NCBI RefSeq assembly: GCF_006345805.1
Contig: NW_021825819.1
Location: forward strand, 1-14,360
DNA: 14,360 nt
Direction of reading: 5' to 3'
Source of the DNA: Octopus sinensis
Taxonomy: Eukaryota
Of this stretch, positions 8,848 to 14,360 are shown piece after piece; positions within the stretch are counted from its first letter, which is position 1; the number at the start of each line of letters is the position of its first letter. The notes below the pieces were generated by a model. The model made no database searches. It was not told where the DNA came from and was given only the letters and a program-made list of their open reading frames with translations. Both the position numbers and the translations under genes were made by a program.

Positions 8848-9350
8848 GGTGGATGCCCCCTCGTTATCGAGTATGGCCATTGCACGAAACTTAATCAATG
8901 TTGTTATCGTGCAATGCCTGTGCAAGAAGATTTTTTTTAAGTGGGGAAAGGCTGTGCACTGAGTCAATCCCACTCACTAAGCAACAGCAGCCATAATCCG
9001 AAAAGAAGAACAAGTCAACACCATCGGTAACCCCTGAGCCGCAGGTTTTATATCGGAGTTATCTCAGTTACCTGAGTTACCTTCTCCTAGAAGGATGCCC
9101 TAACAAAGGCTAGGAGACCTTCACTCCCAATGGTTTAACTGCGCGATCGGGTATTCAGTCCGATTATTTCTATGTCCCCGCGCATGATCCAGCCTAAAGA
9201 CATTTATTGGATGGCAGTTGACTCTCAAGAGTTCCTCCGCCTTTGACGGGTTTTGTTTGGTGGGGTTGCCGGTTTAGTCGCCGACGACCCGACCATGCAA
9301 CAAGTTGTACCGGGTTACGTGTTACCAGTAGCACTCATAAGTGATCTGAC
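8848..9350 (-). mobile_element. Element F copy 2 (longer, about 500 bp), ORF-less and probably RTE-related
   Basis: 8848-9139 is the reverse complement of F1. 9140-9350 is a GC-richer extension continuing 5' to the next (ATGT)n tract; assigning it to F is inference. 3' tail (ATGT/ATGG)n at about 8810-8847. Confidence 0.7.
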
Positions 9351-9420
9351 ACATACATACAAACATACATACATAGATACATAGATACATACATACATAC
9401 ATACATACATACATACATAC
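9351..9420. repeat. (CATA)n microsatellite, 3' flank of the LINE and 5' flank of F2
   Basis: Direct tandem units with CAGA variants. Confidence 0.95.
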
Positions 9421-10791
9421 ATTTTTATTTTTATTTTTTAAATTTTTATCTAGTTTCAGCTCACAAGCTGTGGCCATGCTGGGGCACCGCCATTTGGTGT
9501 TGCTACATGATTTTACTTCACGAATGCTTTTTAGCAACCTGCCCATTTGGTGCATGAGAGCGTTTGATGCAGCTGCCCTCATCTGCACCTCCTGCCGTGA
9601 AGTTGGTTCATCTGGGACACCTGACAAGATAGATCCAGTTTTATTTTAAAGACTCTGCATCCACCCCATGCAGTCTCTTAGGTTCTTCGGGAGGATATTG
9701 AAGAGCTGTGGGTCTCGGAAGCCCAGGCTATCACAGTATCTCATCCTACATCTTGATGGCAAATTTGGAGTCCTTGGCCCTATGCAGTGGCGCCCAGTTC
9801 TGGCATTGTGTAACTCTCGATGCCAAGTTTGGGACAAGTCCTTCTAGGATCTTCCGATGTATATTATAGCATATCTTCTCGCCTACGCTCTAAGGAATAG
9901 AGTCTTAATCTCTTGAGTCTTTCCCAGTAGCTTACATTCTGCACAGAGGCTATCTTCTTCGTGTAGCTTCGTTGGATCGCCTCAAGTTCTGTGATTAACT
10001 TGACACTGGATGGTGACCATAGCTGAGAGCAATAGTCAAAGTGGCTTAGGACAAGTGTCCTCCAGGGGACCATCATGGTTTCTTGGTCTCTTGTTCTAAA
10101 GGTTGTAAGAATCCATCCGGTCAGCCGCCTACATTTCATTGCCAATTTAGCAACATGCACATGAAAGGTCACGTCATCACTCATGTAAATACCCAGGTCA
10201 CGCACTGATTGTGCCTCTGGGATTGCAATCCCTCCGGGTCCAGTGTATTCATTGGGTATTGCATTTTGTTTTGCATGCTGATAGCATAAAGCTTGAAACT
10301 TTCCAGCATTGAACTGCATGCTATTCTTTTCAGCCCACTTGTATATTTTGTCCAGCTCACATTGCAGGTGCTTTGTGTCTTCAGGGTTCTGTATTGCCTG
10401 TGAAACTTTTGTATCATCTGCATAACTTGTGATCGTGGCTCTCTGTGTGGCTGAGCGCATGTCTGAGAGGGCTATTATGAACAGTAGTGGTCCCAAAACA
10501 GTGCCCTGCGGAACACCGCTCACTATTTGCGTGTTAATGGAAGTGGCTACTACTACCTGATTTCTGTCCTTCAGAAAGTCATGAAGCCATTCTCCCAATT
10601 TTCCAACTATGCCAAGATCACGCAGTTTGTGACATATCATTCCATGATCAACTTTATCAAAGGCCTTTGCAAAGTCGAGATATATCACTTCCACATTTGA
10701 GTGGTTGGGCAGTCGTTTCAGCACCCAGTCATAGTGTTGTAGGAGCTGAGTTAAGCAGCTTCTTCCTGGTCGGAAACCATGTTGGTTTCCG
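9421..10791 (-). mobile_element. CR1-group (CR1/L2/Crack-like) LINE, 5'-truncated: RT domain, frameshifted C-terminus, 3' hairpins, (AAAAAT)n tail
   Basis: Motifs NQHGFRPGRSCLTQLL, YLDFAKAFDKVDH, GVPQGTVLGPLLF, YADDTK, RDLG, YCSQLWSP and LYSLERRR, then PQLFNILPKNLR and SGVPDEP in shifted frames; A-rich tail 9421-9448. Confidence 0.95.
9864..10791 (-). pseudogene. Reverse transcriptase domain of LINE ORF2 (no native start; 5' truncated)
   Basis: Open frame from GNQHGF to LERRRE; the ORF-track ATG lies in the flanking microsatellite. Confidence 0.92.
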
Positions 10792-10832
10792 ACATACATA
10801 CATACATACATACATACATACATACATACATA
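10792..10832. repeat. (CATA)n microsatellite, 5' flank of the LINE
   Basis: Direct tandem units, same strand orientation as 9351-9420. Confidence 0.95.
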
Positions 10833-10907
10833 CGTATATAAATATATATTCATCCAAAAAATGAGGCTAATTTAACCTCTAATTGCAAAGCAAAAATCAA
10901 GCATAAA

Positions 10908-10908
10908 C

Positions 10909-10951
<43 letters not shown>

Positions 10952-10966
10952 TAATAATAATAATAA
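10908..10966. repeat. (AAT)n microsatellite
   Basis: Direct AAT units. Confidence 0.97.
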
Positions 10967-11142
10967 CATCGAAAAATACCTTAGGAACGAGAAACTAGGT
11001 TCGAAATTTCCCCAAAACACCTGATGAAGGCTGGAGAGTCAATCAACCGAAACGTTGTGTTAACACGAAACAAGATGGGGACAAATATTCGTCAAATGTA
11101 AATAATGCCCATAATTCCTCATCTCTTAAATATAGAACTGTA
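10965..11142 (+). mobile_element. Short hammerhead-bearing element, probably a Penelope-like pseudo-LTR or retrozyme-like unit
   Basis: About 180-bp block following (AAT)n and containing a minimal type I hammerhead motif; minimal hammerheads are an established feature of PLE pseudo-LTRs. Boundaries are inferred. Confidence 0.6.
11016..11061 (+). ncRNA. Minimal type I hammerhead ribozyme motif
   Basis: Stem I AACAC (11016-20)/GUGUU (11057-61); core CUGAUGA (11021-27) plus an extra A; stem II GGCUG (11029-33)/CAACC (11044-48) with one C-A mismatch; GAAA (11049-52); palindromic minimal stem III ACGU; predicted cleavage after GUU at 11056. Confidence 0.75.
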
Positions 11143-11420
11143 CGTCTATGAATGCCCTGTTCCTCTGATATCTGGCGAAGAATGCCATAGGTAGCCAGCA
11201 TTGGTTGGAAATCCATCTGATGATCACACTTGTAACAAAGCACGAATAATCACCGGTTGTTATACCTGAATCAAAAAAGTACTGTATCGTCCTGGGAAGT
11301 CGGTTCCTACAACAGATCAATGTCTCTCAGTACTCGTGCAAACGTATGGGTTATTTGATTGAACGCTAGAGGAAGTCGAACCCGAAATCAAGTAACCAAC
11401 AGCATGAATTTCCACATTAA

Positions 11421-11768
11421 GGAAGCACTCCGTCGGTTACGACGACGAGGGTTCTGGTTGATCCGAATCAACGGAACAGCCTGCTCGTGAAATTAAAGTG
11501 TAAGTGGCTGAGCACTCCACAGACACGTGTACCCTTAACATAGTTTCTGGGATATTCACGCGTGACACAGAGAGTGACAAGCCGGCCCTTTGAAATACAG
11601 TACAAAGAAACAGGAAGTAAGAGTGAGAGAAAGTTGTGGTGAAAGAGTACAGCAGGGATCACCACCATCCCCTGCCGGAGCCTCGTGGAGCTTTAGGTGT
11701 TTACACTCAATAAACACTCACAACGCCCGGTCTGGGAATCGAAACCGCGATCCTATGACCGCGAGTCC
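11421..11768 (-). mobile_element. tRNA-derived SINE family C copy 1, truncated inside the tRNA head
   Basis: 13-bp TSD ATTTCCACATTAA (11408-11420, 11769-11781); B box GGTTTCGATTCCC; colinear with 14097-14360. Confidence 0.92.
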
Positions 11769-11980
11769 ATTTCCACATTAACAATGTTATAAATCACCTT
11801 TATCTCTATAAAAATGAAAGGAGGCACAAGCATAAATATCGATTCAATGAGTCTTTGAATGTCTCAGCATATCCCGATGCTAACGACCAACCGTTGGGGG
11901 TCCAGCTATGGATCAGCCCAGCGTAAACGAAGCTGATAACATGTGAGTCGAGAAGGGATTCATCAGAAGGTATTTAATAC

Positions 11981-12212
11981 TAAGGCAGCGAGCTGGCAGA
12001 ATCGTTAGCACGCCGGGCGAAATGCTTAGCGGTATTTCGTCTGTCGTTACGTTGTGAGTTCAAATTCCGCCGAGGTCGACTTTGCCTTTCAGCCTTTCGG
12101 GGTCGATAAATTAAGTACCAGTTACGCACTGGGTCGATGTAATCGACTTAATAACCTTTGTTGTCCTTGTTTGTCCCCTCTGTGTTTAGCCCCTTGTGGG
12201 TAATAAAGAAAT
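11981..12212 (+). mobile_element. SINE family B copy 2, full length
   Basis: 13-bp TSD AGGTATTTAATAC (11968-11980, 12213-12225); A box-like TGGCAGAATCG; B box GAGTTCAAATTCC (12056-12068); reverse complement of B1. Confidence 0.92.
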
Positions 12213-12638
12213 AGGTATTTAATACATGAGATCTAAAATATATACGTAGCCAGGAAAGTCGCACAATTCTCATGTAATACAACATCAGTTGAAAAGCTGT
12301 ATGCATATCAGTTGAAAGATACGCGTGGCTATATTGCCGGGAAATTTCAACGTGGCTAACCGAAGTCGTCGATCTTGGACAAGAAATTGGGATATTACAG
12401 CTCATCTTGAAGGTTTTGTCTTATCAAATCAGTAACGAAAAATAACGACGAAATATCTGATGTATTGTAGAAAAGAGATGCAGGTAAAACACCAAGTTAC
12501 AATAACCGATGTTGGATCTGCAGAATTAACATTAATGATGTTGTGCAGATTATATGTAGCTGTCCGAAAATGTCGCTACAGTATTCTCTACGTATGAGAC
12601 GATGTTGTAGCCAATATATTAGCAATTTGTGGAAGGTA

Positions 12639-13462
12639 TCTATATATATAAAACTCAACTTGTTTGTCTCTGTGTGTATCTGTGTGTTTAACTTCCCGGC
12701 ACATCTCCTCCTAGCCAACAAATCGTAGAACCACCAAAAATGGGTCACTTAAAGTTTAGGCGAATGAAAATTGTACTGTGCTATTTCTGTTCCGAAATTC
12801 ATCTCGCAAGCGCAAAAATCGATAATGTGTTTGTTTAGGCCTTATCCCATGTATTGAATAGTGAACTTTACTCAGTCAGCTGTTTGACGTGAACTTTGTT
12901 CACCACGCGTGCAAGCATGCGTAAATTGCATGAAAAATAAAAAATCAAGATATAAAAACGAATCGCCGTAAACATTGTAGAAATTCGGCAAAGAAATGAA
13001 TTTTCGGGATGTAGCCTGGAGGGTTTTTTCGTATTAATCGTTTGGACTTTGTGAACACATACCAATTGTTTTCATAACATTTTTAACGCTTTGAATTAAA
13101 TGTGACCATTTTGCGTTGAGCCTGCAGTTTGAATCACTTTAACCAAATTTTAGCAGGCCGGATTTTTAATCATCACGATACATCACCAGCGACTCCCTGA
13201 AACTCTCCCCTGAAATCCCCGTTGAGAAATACTGATCTAAAAGAATAATTCAACAATTCAATTATTTGATCAACAAAAATTTATGAAACGCTTCTACGTA
13301 CTTCCTATTGAGGAAATGGAACACATAAGCGCAAAAATAGAGGGCATTAAACGATTGATTTTAAAACCAAAGTAATTGAATTTTGATTGAACTTCATCCA
13401 AGTTTAGCTTAATTCGCGCGTGCATAGAACGCACGAGCACACGAGCCGGGCAATACTGCTAG
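12639..13462 (+). mobile_element. Non-autonomous Helitron, family E (824 bp)
   Basis: Starts TCTATATATATAAAA after A12638 and ends CCGGGCAATACTGCTAG before T13463; both termini match family D; no TSD; interrupts the R4-like relic. Confidence 0.8.
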
Positions 13463-13514
13463 TTATCTCTAAAATACGAATCTTAGAAGTTACAATGCTA
13501 TGTAAGTCATAATA

Positions 13515-13688
13515 GGCGCAGGAGTGGCTGTGTGGTAAGTAGCTTGCTAACCAACCACATGGTTCCGGGTTCAGTCCCACTGCGTGGCTTCTTGGGCAAG
13601 TGTCTTCTGCTATAGCCCCGGGCCGACCAATGCCTTGTGAGTGGATTTGGTAGAGGGAAACTGAAAGAAGCCGGTCGTATCATATATA

Positions 13689-13722
<34 letters not shown>

Positions 13723-13947
13723 GTGTATGTGTGTGATTGTGTGTCTGTGTTTGTCCCCCTAGCATTTGCTGACAACACAAAGATGCTGGTGTGTTTACGT
13801 ACCCGCGTCACTTAGCGGTTCGGCAAAAGAGACCGATTAGAATAAGTACTGGGCTTACAAAGAATAAGTCCTGGGGTCGAGTTGCTCGATTAAAGACAGT
13901 GCTCCAGCATGGCCGCAGTCAAATGACTGAAACAAGTAAAAGAGAGT
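13515..13947 (+). mobile_element. SINE family A copy 5, full length
   Basis: A box TGGCTGTGTGG (13525-35), B box-like GGTTCAGTCCC (13568-78), CORE-like segment, internal (TA)n(TG)n tract, tail hairpin CAGTC-AAAT-GACTG (13916-29). Confidence 0.92.
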
Positions 13948-14096
13948 ATGAAAGAAGTCTGGTGAATTGCTGTCAACACGCCATTAAAATGCATGTATAA
14001 CAGAGCAAATATAATGATCTGCGACAGGGCGAAGGAATTGTGCGCTGCTGTGGAAATCAGTTGCTCGGCAAACGTTCGCCTATTGTTAAAAATTGT

Positions 14097-14360
14097 GGAA
14101 GCACTCCGTCGGTTACGACGACGAGGGTTCCGGTTGATCCTAATCAACGGAACAGCCTGCTCGTGAAATTAACGTGTAAGTGGCTGAGCACTCCACAGAC
14201 ACGTGCACCCTTAACGTAGTTCTCGGGGATATTCAGCGTGACACAGAGTGTGACAAGGTCCTTTGAAATACAGGTACAACAGAAATAGGAAGTAAGAGTG
14301 AGAGAAAGTTGTGGTGAAAGAGTAGAGCAGGGATCACCACCATCCCCTGCCGGAGCCTCG
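14097..14360 (-). mobile_element. SINE family C copy 2 (runs off the window edge)
   Basis: Direct repeat of 11421-about 11685; begins at the same GGAAGCACTCC end. Confidence 0.9.

Larger units (their letters stand above)
11143..14096 (+). mobile_element. Ancient, heavily decayed R4/Dong-like LINE in five pieces (11143-11420, 11782-11980, 12226-12638, 13463-13514, 13948-14096)
   Basis: Stitched translations: NKARIITGCYT*IKKVL; VLVQTYGLFD*TLEEVE; NFHINNVINHLYLYKNE (across the SINE-C1 TSD); SWTRNWDITAHLEGFVLSNQ*RKITTKYLM; RDAGKTPSYNNRCWICRININDVVQIICSCPKMS (decayed CCHC); KEVW*IAVNTPLKCMYNRANIMICDRAKELCAAVEISCSANVRLLLKI, which aligns to the 667-1351 copy. Confidence 0.75.

Noticed and set aside
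311-9139. F1/F2 as terminal inverted repeats of one 8.8-kb DNA transposon
   Set aside because: Both have inward-pointing microsatellite 3' tails, F2 appears to extend about 210 bp further, and there is no transposase or shared TSD; they are independent retro-insertions.
10792-10853. ATG start of the 329-aa ORF
   Set aside because: It lies in the flanking microsatellite; the LINE is 5'-truncated at about 10791, so this is not a real CDS start.
11421-11500. SINE-C 3' domain as an HDV-like ribozyme
   Set aside because: The TTCACG segment is not closed by a P3 stem, and the nested pseudoknot order could not be built on either strand.
13515-13580. SINE heads (A, B, C) as tRNA genes
   Set aside because: They have pol III boxes but no complete cloverleaf, and they continue into repeated SINE bodies.

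Overview
Eukaryotic, AT-rich, microsatellite-dense DNA made almost entirely of transposable elements. No host protein-coding gene, rRNA, true tRNA gene or CRISPR array is supportable, and most ORFs in the track are microsatellite or antisense-repeat artefacts. The repeat families and microsatellite density look like an octopus (coleoid cephalopod) genome; this is an inference from recognition, not a database result. Contents: (1) a 5'-truncated CR1-group LINE with a near-open RT domain (9421-10791, -); (2) two R4/Dong-like RLE-type LINE relics (667-1351, -, and an ancient copy at 11143-14096, +, split by five younger insertions); (3) a decayed Penelope-like GIY-YIG fragment (8040-8420, -); (4) three tRNA-derived SINE families, here called A, B and C, several copies with clean TSDs; (5) three non-autonomous Helitrons of two families; (6) two copies of an ORF-less, probably RTE-related element F embedded in (ATGT)n; (7) a short element carrying a minimal type I hammerhead ribozyme motif (11016-11061, +). 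The most interesting signals are the hammerhead mini-element, the 3' end shared by SINE-A and the LINE with compensatory base-pair changes, the repeated use of (ATGT)n as a landing site, and the nested insertion series in the R4-like relic.
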